From the NCBI GenBank assembly GCA_031266935.1, contig JAISAC010000158.1, forward strand, positions 6,966-70,965: 64,000 nt of DNA, read 5' to 3'. Shown piece after piece: positions 1 to 8,270 of the stretch (positions are counted from its first letter, which is position 1; every line of letters starts with the position of its first letter). The position numbers and the translations under genes were made by a program. Origin of the DNA: Prevotellaceae bacterium. Lineage in GTDB: Bacteria > Bacteroidota > Bacteroidia > Bacteroidales > UBA932. The notes under the pieces were generated by a model. It saw only the letters and a program-made list of their open reading frames with translations, ran no database searches and was not told the DNA's origin.

Positions 1-157
1 ATGCACCACGTAAACATCGGCGGCCTCGCCCTCGCCCGCCTGCACAAAGCCCATGCCGCCGAGCTGCCGCGCAAGGGTAGAGGCCTCGGCAAAGTTGAGC
101 TTGCACCCAAGGTTGACAACGCAAAAAGTTCTGCTTTTATGAAGAGAATTTACCATG
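1..157 (-). CDS. Radical-SAM methylthiotransferase (MiaB/MtaB family), N-terminal fragment; the gene runs off the left edge
   Basis: Reverse-strand ATG at 155-157. The translation MVNSLHKSRTFCVVNLGCKLNFAEASTLARQLGGMGFVQAGEGEAADVYVVH resembles the conserved N-terminal 'LGCKLN..E' region of MiaB/MtaB enzymes. It is truncated by the window edge, so it is absent from the ORF track. Confidence 0.6.
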
Positions 158-205
158 AATATTTCTGCAAAGATTAGGCAAAAGCAAATAAAGCGTAACG
201 TAACT

Positions 206-2284
206 TCATCGGCTACCGGCCTCCTGTTTCTTGTTGCCGCCGCCGCCGCCGCCGCCACCGCCGCTGCTGCCGCTGCCGCTTTGCTCTACGAGCTTTTGCA
301 GGGCATACATTTCGTCTCGATGCGAGGCGGCGGCGACAAAGTCGAGGGCTTTGGCGGCAGCCTCCATTGCGTTTTTTTCGCGGCTTATTGCTTTTTGCAG
401 CTCGGGTACGCTCATGTACTGCAGCACGGGGTCGGCGGCAATGCTGATTTCCACAGGCTCGGCGTAGTAGCTTGCCGCGGGCTTGAGCTCCTCGCCCGAA
501 AGAATGGCGCGGTTGCTCTTGATTACCTGCGTGGGCGTGATGCCATTTTTTTCGTTATACGCCAGCTGCTTTTCCCGGCGGCGGTTGGTTTCGCTAATCG
601 TCTGCTCCATGGATTGCGTCACCTTGTCGGCGTACATGATGACTAAGCCGTTTACGTTGCGCGCTGCGCGTCCGGCTGTTTGCGTAAGCGAGCGCGTGTT
701 GCGCAGAAACCCTTCCTTGTCGGCGTCGAGGATGGCTACCAGCGACACCTCGGGCAGGTCCAGCCCTTCGCGCAGCAGGTTTACCCCAACCAGCACGTCG
801 AACAGCCCCTTGCGCAGGTTCTCCATAATCTGCACGCGCTCTAGCGTATCCACGTCGGAGTGGATGTAGCGGCAGCGAATTTGCGCCTTCTCCAAAAATT
901 TGGTCAGCTCCTCCGCCATGCGCTTGGTGAGCGTAGTAACCAGTACGCGCTCGTCTTTTTCCGCGCGAGTCAGAATTTCCCCAATCAGGTTGTCAACCTG
1001 ATTGTAGCTTGGGCGCACCTCTATAACCGGGTCGAGCAAGCCCGTTGGTCGTATGAGCTGCTCAATAATCACGCCGTTGCTTTTCCTCAGCTCGTAGTCG
1101 GCGGGCGTGGCGCTGATAAATACCGACTGCGGAATGAGCGTTTCGAACTCCTCGAACTTGAGCGGGCGGTTGTCTATCGCCGAGGGCAGGCGAAATCCGT
1201 ACTCCACCAGATTTTGCTTGCGCGAGTGGTCGCCGCCGTACATGGCGTGCACCTGCGGCATGGTAACGTGGCTCTCGTCCACCACGAGCAGGAAATCTTT
1301 CGGGAAGTAGTCGATGAGGCAGAATGGCCGCGAGCCGGCGCTGCGTCCGTCAAAGTAGCGCGAGTAGTTTTCTATGCCGGAGCAGTAGCCCAGCTCCTTC
1401 ATCATTTCCATATCGTACTCCACGCGCTGCTTGAGCCTTTTTGCCTCCAGCGGCTTCCCTATGGATTCAAAAAACTTGCACTGCTTCATCAGGTCATCCT
1501 GAATGTTGTTGATGGCGGCGTACAGGCGCTCCTTGGTGGTTATAAAAATGTTGGCAGGGTACACCCGCACCTCCTCGAGGCGCTCAATCAGCCCGCCGTT
1601 GACGGGCTCAAACATTTCGATTTTTTCCACCTCGTTTCCGAAAAAAACGAAGCGGTAGGCAAAGTCGCCCTGGGCGGCGTGCACATCCACCGTATCGCCC
1701 TTTACGCGAAAGGTTCCGCGCTTGAGCTCCAGCTCGTTGCGCGAGTACAGGCTGTCCACCAGCGAGTAGAGCAGCTTTTGCCGGCTTAGCTTTTGCCCCA
1801 CCTTTACGGAGATGGTGTTGCTGTGAAAATCGTCGGGATTGCCAATACCGTAGAGGCACGACACGCTCGACACAACAATCACGTCGCGCCGCCCCGACAG
1901 CAGCGATGAGGTTGCGCTCAGGCGCAGCTTTTCGATTTCGTCGTTTATGGCGAGGTCTTTTTCGATGTACGTATCGGTGGTGGGTAGGTAAGCCTCGGGC
2001 TGGTAGTAGTCGTAGTACGACACAAAGTACTCCACGGCGTTGCGCGGAAAGAAACCTTTGAACTCGCCGTAGAGCTGCGCCGCCAGCGTTTTGTTGTGGC
2101 TCAGCACCAGCGTGGGGCGCCGGAGCTGCGCTATCACGTTGGCGATGGTAAACGTTTTGCCCGAGCCGGTAACCCCCAGCAGCGTGTTGTACGGCGTACC
2201 GCTGCGCAGCGCCTCCACGAGCTCTGCAATAGCTGTTGGCTGGTCGCCGGTGGGCTGATATTCGGAGGTTAATTCAAATTCCAA
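206..2284 (-). CDS. uvrB: Excinuclease ABC subunit B (UvrB) with an unusual C-terminal poly-Gly tail
   Basis: 692 aa. Walker A GVTGSGKT, helicase motifs and a C-terminal UVR domain (ALDFVAAASHRDEMYALQK), all typical of UvrB. Confidence 0.97.
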   Translation of the reverse strand: MEFELTSEYQPTGDQPTAIAELVEALRSGTPYNTLLGVTGSGKTFTIANVIAQLRRPTLVLSHNKTLAAQLYGEFKGFFPRNAVEYFVSYYDYYQPEAYLPTTDTYIEKDLAINDEIEKLRLSATSSLLSGRRDVIVVSSVSCLYGIGNPDDFHSNTISVKVGQKLSRQKLLYSLVDSLYSRNELELKRGTFRVKGDTVDVHAAQGDFAYRFVFFGNEVEKIEMFEPVNGGLIERLEEVRVYPANIFITTKERLYAAINNIQDDLMKQCKFFESIGKPLEAKRLKQRVEYDMEMMKELGYCSGIENYSRYFDGRSAGSRPFCLIDYFPKDFLLVVDESHVTMPQVHAMYGGDHSRKQNLVEYGFRLPSAIDNRPLKFEEFETLIPQSVFISATPADYELRKSNGVIIEQLIRPTGLLDPVIEVRPSYNQVDNLIGEILTRAEKDERVLVTTLTKRMAEELTKFLEKAQIRCRYIHSDVDTLERVQIMENLRKGLFDVLVGVNLLREGLDLPEVSLVAILDADKEGFLRNTRSLTQTAGRAARNVNGLVIMYADKVTQSMEQTISETNRRREKQLAYNEKNGITPTQVIKSNRAILSGEELKPAASYYAEPVEISIAADPVLQYMSVPELQKAISREKNAMEAAAKALDFVAAASHRDEMYALQKLVEQSGSGSSGGGGGGGGGNKKQEAGSR
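236..280. repeat. (GCC)n trinucleotide repeat: 7 perfect units, then imperfect GCY/ACC units
   Basis: gccgccgccgccgccgccgccaccgccgctgctgccgctgccgct. On the minus strand it encodes the SGSGSSGGGGGGGGG tail of UvrB. Confidence 0.9.
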
Positions 2285-2505
2285 GAAAAAGTCAATCTTA
2301 AAAGTTGTCAGCTGCCGGAGCGGCTGCTATTTTCCCACAAATATATAAAACTTTACGCCACTCCACAAAAAAGCGCCCGCTATTTCTTTCCGCATCCGGA
2401 AAAAGTATATCTTTGCAAAAGATTACATGTTTCGTATCTGAATGAAATTTTAAACCAATATAAATCATCTATAAAATATGAAAAACAAAAGGAGGCATAA
2501 ATTTT

Positions 2506-3003
2506 ATGAATATCAGGGGTGCAAAAATAGAGGATGTTGAACATATAAACAATATACATAATCAAGCTATTCACGAAAAATTTAAAGTTGCTTATTTAAC
2601 GCCGTGGACAAAAGAAAATTGTTTTGAATGGTTCAAGGAACATAATAGCAAAGAATATCCAATTTATGTTGCGGAAATTAATAATACTGTAATTGGTTTT
2701 GTATACATTAATCCATACAGGCCGGGAAGGGTAGCATTAAAACAAGTTGCCGAAATAAGTTATTTTATTGATAAAGATTACCGGGGAAAAGGAATAGGGA
2801 AAGAATTGATTGAATATATGGAATCAGAATGTTATAACCAGGGCATAAAAACATTATTTGCAATAATAATAGATAACAATGAGGCAAGCATCAAGCTGAT
2901 AGAAAAATGCGGGTATAAAAAATGGGGACATTTACCTAAAATTGTAATTTTTGATAATATAGAAGTGGGGCATTTATACTATGGGAAACGAATAATTCCA
3001 TGA
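2506..3003 (+). CDS. GNAT family N-acetyltransferase (phosphinothricin acetyltransferase-like)
   Basis: 165 aa. The acetyl-CoA binding motif RGKGIGKELIE and the overall layout resemble PAT/YwnH-type GNATs. The gene is visibly AT-rich compared with its neighbours. Confidence 0.8.
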   Translation: MNIRGAKIEDVEHINNIHNQAIHEKFKVAYLTPWTKENCFEWFKEHNSKEYPIYVAEINNTVIGFVYINPYRPGRVALKQVAEISYFIDKDYRGKGIGKELIEYMESECYNQGIKTLFAIIIDNNEASIKLIEKCGYKKWGHLPKIVIFDNIEVGHLYYGKRIIP

Positions 3004-3166
3004 ATAGGGTCTGCTGAAAAACTTGATGGTGTCCATGTTTTATTGATATGAATGCCCTACGGGCAATGCACAAAACCACGCCGTGCGAAGTAGGGCAAGG
3101 CTTTTGAGCCCTAACGCTCTTGACGCATTGGTTTGTACGCGATTTGGACGATTGAGGAAAACATCG

Positions 3167-3174
3167 TACCTTTG
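3167..3174 (+). promoter_or_regulatory. Bacteroidota -7 promoter box (TAccTTTG) upstream of the MNT/HepT pair
   Basis: Exact TAnnTTTG match about 27 nt upstream of the ATG at 3201. Confidence 0.45.
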
Positions 3175-3200
3175 AACCGTAAAAAAACGAAAAAACAGCA

Positions 3201-3491
3201 ATGCTATCGCAAAGTCAGATAGATATTATCATTCGGTCAATGCTGCCGTACAATCCGGTCAGGATAGGAATATTCGGCTCCGTAGCGCGCGGCGAAGACT
3301 CGCCGGAAAGCGATATTGATATTCTGTACAACTTTCAAAATGTAATCGGGTTTTCAAAATTTCTGAATCTGCAAGAATACCTGGAAAAAAATTTGGCAAA
3401 AAAAGTAGATTTGATTGATGAGCGGTTTGTTCATCAGGGAATGAAGCCACATATTATGAACGATTTAAAGTTAATTTACAGCAATGGATGA
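3201..3491 (+). CDS. Nucleotidyltransferase-domain protein (MNT-type antitoxin of a HepT/MNT toxin-antitoxin pair)
   Basis: 96 aa. The minimal nucleotidyltransferase motif GIFGSVARGEDSPESDIDIL is present. It overlaps the downstream DUF86 gene by 8 nt. Confidence 0.85.
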   Translation: MLSQSQIDIIIRSMLPYNPVRIGIFGSVARGEDSPESDIDILYNFQNVIGFSKFLNLQEYLEKNLAKKVDLIDERFVHQGMKPHIMNDLKLIYSNG

Positions 3492-3840
3492 TAAGGAAAG
3501 AAATCTGTTTCGGCTGGGGCATATACGCGATTGCATCGCCAAGGTTGTATATCTGTCGGGCCAGCTGCACAGCTACGGTAATTTTGAAGAACAGTGGGTC
3601 GAACAGGATGCCCTTATCCGCAACCTCGAAATTATCGGCGAAGCGTCCGTCAATGTTTCCAACGCCTTGAAAGCGCAATACCCTGATGTTGACTGGAAAG
3701 CCATGCGAGGAATGAGGAATTTTGTAACGCATCAATATTTTGGAGTATCGCTCGCCATTATCTGGGATATTGTCGTAAACGATATCCCCATCCTCAAAAA
3801 GCAAATAGGAGACATCATCAACGGTTTGGAAAAAAACTGA
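3484..3840 (+). CDS. HepT-like (DUF86/HEPN) RNase toxin
   Basis: 118 aa. HEPN Rx4-6H motif (RNFVTHQYF). Translationally coupled to the MNT gene. Confidence 0.85.
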   Translation: MDDKERNLFRLGHIRDCIAKVVYLSGQLHSYGNFEEQWVEQDALIRNLEIIGEASVNVSNALKAQYPDVDWKAMRGMRNFVTHQYFGVSLAIIWDIVVNDIPILKKQIGDIINGLEKN

Positions 3841-3860
3841 TTATCCACCTCATGCTGCTC

Positions 3861-3905
3861 AAAAAGCGTGTAACCCGGTTGTAGAGGAATACACGCTTTT
3901 TTTCG
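3861..3905 (+). terminator. Intrinsic terminator after the HepT gene
   Basis: Stem AAAAAGCGTGTA / TACACGCTTTTT followed by a T-run (ttttttt). Confidence 0.7.
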
Positions 3906-3913
3906 TACAATCC

Positions 3914-4078
3914 GGTCGGGAATCGTGTATGCAGGCTTGTTCAAGCGAACTTGTTTGCTAAAAAACCCTATCCTGCAAGATTTTGCGGTAAAAACCGTGT
4001 AACCCGATAGCAGCAGCTTCTTCTTCCAAAATACCTACAAATGAGGATTGACGGAGATATTTACTGTTTATACCTTTG
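3914..4078. repeat. Left copy of a promoter-bearing direct repeat (the partner is at 7968-8193)
   Basis: 3914-3943 (ggtcgggaatcgtgtatgcaggcttgttca) matches 7968-7997 at 29 of 30 positions. 4027-4078 matches 8142-8193 at about 47 of 52 positions, and this block includes the -7 box TACCTTTG (4071-4078). Confidence 0.85.
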
Positions 4079-4173
4079 TCGCTTCATCAAGCTGGATTTT
4101 ACAGCGTGCTACGAACAGCGCAAATATCGCCAGCTTTGTTGGCCATACTATAACCCTTTAAAGTAAAACAATT

Positions 4174-4680
4174 ATGAAAAAAGTTGGAATTTTTTACGGT
4201 TCATCCGGCGGCAACACGCAAAGCGTAGCCGCAAGCATTGCAAAAAAGTTAGGCGTTGATAGCCTCGACGTTTACGACGTGGGGAAAGCCGGGGCGGGCG
4301 ATTTGGCGCCCTACGACGTGCTGCTGCTCGGCAGCTCAACGTGGGGGCTGGGCGACTTACAGGAGGATTGGGAAGGCTTCATCAGAACGGTTGCCCTGGC
4401 CGACTTGTCGGGAAAGAAAGTCGCTCTGTTTGGCTGCGGCGACTCGCAGTCCTACTCCGACACGTTCTGCGACGCCGTTGGCGCCATCTACAGGGCGGTG
4501 AAGGATAAAGCCACTGTGGTCGGGTTTACGGCAACGGACGGCTACTCGTTCGACGCCTCCGAAGCCGTCGTCAACGGGCAGTTCGTCGGCTTGGTTGTGG
4601 ACGAGGACAACGAAAGCAACCTTACGGGCGAGCGCATCGACAGGTGGGTTGCGCAGCTAAAGCAGGAGGTGGAGGTATGA
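4174..4680 (+). CDS. fldA: Flavodoxin (long-chain)
   Basis: 168 aa. N-terminal FMN phosphate-binding loop MKKVGIFYGSSGGNTQ and a typical flavodoxin length. Confidence 0.93.
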   Translation: MKKVGIFYGSSGGNTQSVAASIAKKLGVDSLDVYDVGKAGAGDLAPYDVLLLGSSTWGLGDLQEDWEGFIRTVALADLSGKKVALFGCGDSQSYSDTFCDAVGAIYRAVKDKATVVGFTATDGYSFDASEAVVNGQFVGLVVDEDNESNLTGERIDRWVAQLKQEVEV

Positions 4681-5036
4681 GAATTTTCAAATGCAGCGCC
4701 TGCTCCAAAATACACGTAGAGGCAGGCAACGTCATGATGCACTTCCCCACGCTCAAGCGGCTAAAGGGATTTTCGGATTACCTCGAATCCATTGACCCGC
4801 ACTACTACAAGGCCGCCAACAGCGGCAAGGGGTTAGCGCACGACGTTTACCTGCCCGTTGGCGACGCCTCCGTAAGCATGGCATTTTCCGTTGGCGAATT
4901 TGAGGAGCTGAAGCAAGCAATACGCCGCTTTTTGGCTGAAGAAAACGTCAACCCATTTCTGAGGATAAATTTAAGTGGATTTTTAGTCCACACGCACTCG
5001 GCCGGCGCAGCACGGAGCAAGGGAACTTTACATTAA
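4677..5036 (+). CDS. Hypothetical protein, translationally coupled to flavodoxin
   Basis: ATGA start/stop overlap at 4677-4680. The 119-aa product begins MRIFKCSACSKIH. I recognise no domain. Confidence 0.5.
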   Translation: MRIFKCSACSKIHVEAGNVMMHFPTLKRLKGFSDYLESIDPHYYKAANSGKGLAHDVYLPVGDASVSMAFSVGEFEELKQAIRRFLAEENVNPFLRINLSGFLVHTHSAGAARSKGTLH

Positions 5037-5049
5037 AAAGACTTTATTC

Positions 5050-5486
5050 ATGAACGAAATTACTTACAAAATTCTTTTAGGGGCGCTGGTTATCGCCATG
5101 AACGTTATTCGCATGTACTACCTGAAAAGGTACAAAGTAACCCACGCGGTAACGGAGCTGGAGGTTGCGCCAAAGCGCGAAAAGATGCTCACGCTGGTAA
5201 TGTTTTTTGCCCTTGCCGTGCCGGGTATGATGCAGAGCATACGCTGATTGTTTCGGGACCCTACAGGTGGGTGCGCCATCCCATGTACTCCGACATGCTC
5301 CTGTGGCTGGTTTCGTTTGCGCTCGTTACCGCCAGCTGGTTTTACGCCCTCACCATTGCTACGGGGCTGGCCATTCTTTTCATCGTCCGCATCCCCGACG
5401 AAGAGAAGCTGATGATGAAACGCTTCGGCGAGCAGTACAGGGAATACAAAAAGCGTACAAAGCGGCTGATACCGTATGTGTATTAA
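5050..5486 (+). pseudogene. Isoprenylcysteine carboxyl methyltransferase (ICMT)-family gene broken by an internal deletion or frameshift
   Basis: The N-terminal membrane part (5050-5247) ends at a TGA. The hallmark C-terminal motif TLIVSGPYRWVRHPMY...EEKLMMKRFGEQYREYKKRT continues in a different frame (about 5241-5486). The two pieces total about 140 aa. This looks short for an ICMT-family protein (full length about 180-200 aa, from memory), so the central region appears to be missing. Confidence 0.6.
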
Positions 5487-5511
5487 ATGTGTATTAATTT
5501 TTGGTTGAATA

Positions 5512-7941
5512 CTAAAATATCAGATTTATCGTTTCATTATTCGCTTCTTCACTTTTCGTTCTTGCCTGCGCAGCGGCATATACGGCTTCTTTCAGCTTGT
5601 TGCCGATAGAATCTTGAATTGATTTTGGCGGCAAAATAATTTTTACCCGCTTCAAATCGGAAGAACGAATGCTTTGTAAAATAGAGCCGCTTGAAATCCG
5701 TTCTAACTGCATTTGCCCATATTCGGAATTGATAAATGAAACAATGTAGTAAGGGTTAATTCCTTTTTTTATTTTAATATTGATTAGAAAGCCCGAAGCA
5801 ACAGCGTCTCTTAAATCGGGAGGAATGTTTGCTGCAATTCCGGCATTTCCCGCTCTCGTCATCACAATAGAATTTTCGTCAACTGTGTTTTTTATTACTT
5901 CTTTATTTGTTTTCAACGAGCTATTTATGTATTTCAAATTCTCAAAATTGATACCCTCTTTTGTGATTGTTTTTACAAGAATATACGGAATACCCTGCTT
6001 CTTTTCCACATAAATAGACGCGCCTTCTATGTTTACACCATTATGCACCGTTTCTATAATATCGCCAAAATCAGCAATATCATATTTTGTTTGCCTGATT
6101 TTTTCTATATTATCGGTATATTTTTTCAAATACCGTTTGGCAACAAAGCTGTTTTCCAACAAATCCTGTTCAATAAAAAAATTCAAATCATTTTCCTTGC
6201 GATTTTGATAATTTTCTGCGATATTTGGAATATCGTCTTTTTCGGCTGCCCTCCCCTTTTTATCGTGTCCGCAATATTCGTTTATAGATATAAAAATATC
6301 TTTTTTATCCATTTCCCCTTTTTGAATAAAAAGAACATTTGTATTGATTGTTACATGGGGGCTGAATGTTTCAAGCGGCAATTTCACAATAGCAAATAAA
6401 TGTCCTTTGCTCAAAATATACTGCCGTAAGTATTCTTCCTGCTCGTTTCCTAAAATACCGCTTGGCAAAACCATTGCCATTCGTCCGCCGTCTTTTAAAA
6501 GCGACAAGCATCTTTCAATAAAAAGCACTTGCGGCTCTTCCTGCTCCTTTATTTTTTCTGTTTTTATCCATTTGCCGCTTTCTTTGGCTTGCTTCCATTT
6601 GTGTCCAACTTCAAACTGTTTCAGCTTTTCTTCTCCTACAACAGGAATCTTGCTGCCAAACGGCGGATTTGTCAGCAGCACATCAAAAGCTCCCATTTCG
6701 ATTTTTGTTTTGGCTTCGGAACGCCAATTTTTGGGATTTTCCAAGCTGTCCTCGCAGAAAATTCCTGTTGTTCCGTCCCCGACCAAATTCATGTAGGCTT
6801 TGGCAACTTTACTCAAAAAGTAATCTTTGTCAATACCTCTGAAATTTTTTGTGGCAACTTCAATTTTCTTTTTGCTGATTTCCACATCATTCCAACCTAA
6901 CTTTGTATATTTTTGGTTGATTTTATCCCAAACGGATTTTAATGATTCTATCAAAAATCCGCCGCTCCCACAAGCAGGGTCTATAATTTTATCATTTTCG
7001 GTTGGCTGCAAAATATCAACAATCATTTTGACAACATTACGAGGCGTGAAAAATTGCCCCAAACCACCTTTCAAAGCGTGTCCGATAAAGGTTTCAAAAG
7101 CATCGGCGACAACATCTCGCTCGCTTTCCATTAAGGAATAATTTTGCAGCTCCCCAACGATAAACATCAAAGATTTTGTGTCTAAAGTGATTTTATCTTC
7201 GCCATCAATAACTTCTGGTAAATTAGTCTTTACCTCTTTAAATAAATCCAAAATACGCTTTTCTACTTCTTTGGGCTTTTCGTCAACTCCGGCCCGAAAT
7301 TTCACCATTTCATCGGGCGCAGTATATCTTTCGTCATAGATTTTACAGAAAATAATATTGATAAGCTGTTGCGCCAAAACTTCATCACGAGTAGCCCCAA
7401 CAGTATTGGCGGCTAAGTGGTTGCGAATTGATTTAAAAATGGATTTAAGATTATGGGTTGGCTTTAAATCAGAGCGTTTGAAATGTCCAATATCTTCAAT
7501 TCTTTGCTTGTATTTCGGGATATTCGGGATTTCTTCAAAAACAACTTCACCGTTTGGTTTAACAAATTTGCGAATAAAAAAGCGTTCCTCGCCATTAAAC
7601 CAAACGCCCAGATAGGCAGAAGAAAGCGTTAAGTAGTTTTCAAGTTGCGTTTTGCCGTCCTTGCGGTTTTTTTTCTTACATTCAACAACAATGTACAATC
7701 CGTCATCGTCTTTTAGCTGGTCGAGAAACACAACAATATCAACAGGATATTCTTTTTTTGTATCAGACGGGCGCACTTTTACGCGGTGTTGCGGGTGTGT
7801 CTGAATATGCTCTCTCGGATAGCCGTAATCTTCGACTAATTGCCTCGAAAAAGTCTGTACTGCATCTATTTCTTCGGGCGTTGCATGCACTTGAACTCCT
7901 GAAATATAATCAGCTATTGTTATATATTCATTTTTTGCCAT
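5512..7941 (-). CDS. Single-polypeptide restriction-modification enzyme: PD-(D/E)xK nuclease-like N-terminus, gamma-class N6-adenine methyltransferase core and one HsdS-like specificity domain
   Basis: 809 aa. N-terminus has PVDIVVF...IVVECKKK (D...ExK). Methyltransferase motif I is IIDPACGSGGFLIE and motif IV is TNPPFGSKIP. The C-terminal roughly 200 aa resembles a type I S-subunit target-recognition domain. The gene is strongly AT-rich relative to the window. Confidence 0.8.
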   Translation of the reverse strand: MAKNEYITIADYISGVQVHATPEEIDAVQTFSRQLVEDYGYPREHIQTHPQHRVKVRPSDTKKEYPVDIVVFLDQLKDDDGLYIVVECKKKNRKDGKTQLENYLTLSSAYLGVWFNGEERFFIRKFVKPNGEVVFEEIPNIPKYKQRIEDIGHFKRSDLKPTHNLKSIFKSIRNHLAANTVGATRDEVLAQQLINIIFCKIYDERYTAPDEMVKFRAGVDEKPKEVEKRILDLFKEVKTNLPEVIDGEDKITLDTKSLMFIVGELQNYSLMESERDVVADAFETFIGHALKGGLGQFFTPRNVVKMIVDILQPTENDKIIDPACGSGGFLIESLKSVWDKINQKYTKLGWNDVEISKKKIEVATKNFRGIDKDYFLSKVAKAYMNLVGDGTTGIFCEDSLENPKNWRSEAKTKIEMGAFDVLLTNPPFGSKIPVVGEEKLKQFEVGHKWKQAKESGKWIKTEKIKEQEEPQVLFIERCLSLLKDGGRMAMVLPSGILGNEQEEYLRQYILSKGHLFAIVKLPLETFSPHVTINTNVLFIQKGEMDKKDIFISINEYCGHDKKGRAAEKDDIPNIAENYQNRKENDLNFFIEQDLLENSFVAKRYLKKYTDNIEKIRQTKYDIADFGDIIETVHNGVNIEGASIYVEKKQGIPYILVKTITKEGINFENLKYINSSLKTNKEVIKNTVDENSIVMTRAGNAGIAANIPPDLRDAVASGFLINIKIKKGINPYYIVSFINSEYGQMQLERISSGSILQSIRSSDLKRVKIILPPKSIQDSIGNKLKEAVYAAAQARTKSEEANNETINLIF

Positions 7942-7967
7942 GTTGTTCTCTTATTTTTTTCTCTTAT

Positions 7968-8193
7968 GGTCGGGAATTGTGTATGCAGGCTTGTTCATTA
8001 GGTATAAAAAAAATGAGCCGCGCCAGATCTTACGGGATGGCAACGACTTCTGTTGATGCAAAGGTACAAACATTTTTTATATCTGCAAAGTTTGGGAAAA
8101 GAAAATCGGGGGAAACAGCGTATAGCAGTAACTTTTTATTTCAAAATACCTACAAATGAGGATTGACGACAATATTTATTGTTCATACCTTTG
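7968..8193. repeat. Right copy of the promoter-bearing direct repeat (the partner is at 3914-4078)
   Basis: See the left copy. Contains the plus-strand -7 box TACCTTTG at 8186-8193. It also contains a minus-strand -7 box (caaaggta, 8061-8068) facing the R-M-S gene. Confidence 0.85.
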
Positions 8194-8270
8194 CAACATT
8201 CATATTCTATGTTTCACAATGTTAAGAACATATATCAATATGAATACACAAATCAAAATTGCATGTGTTT

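Noticed and set aside
4027-4053. A Fur box in the conserved 27-mer upstream of flavodoxin and the ABC exporter.
   Set aside because: The sequence CAAAATACCTACAAATGAGGATTGACG is not palindromic and does not resemble the GATAATGATAATCATTATC-type consensus.
5267-5497. A 76-aa ORF in an alternative frame over the ICMT C-terminal region.
   Set aside because: The overlapping frame carries the conserved GPYRWVRHPMY ICMT motif. This ORF has no recognisable features.
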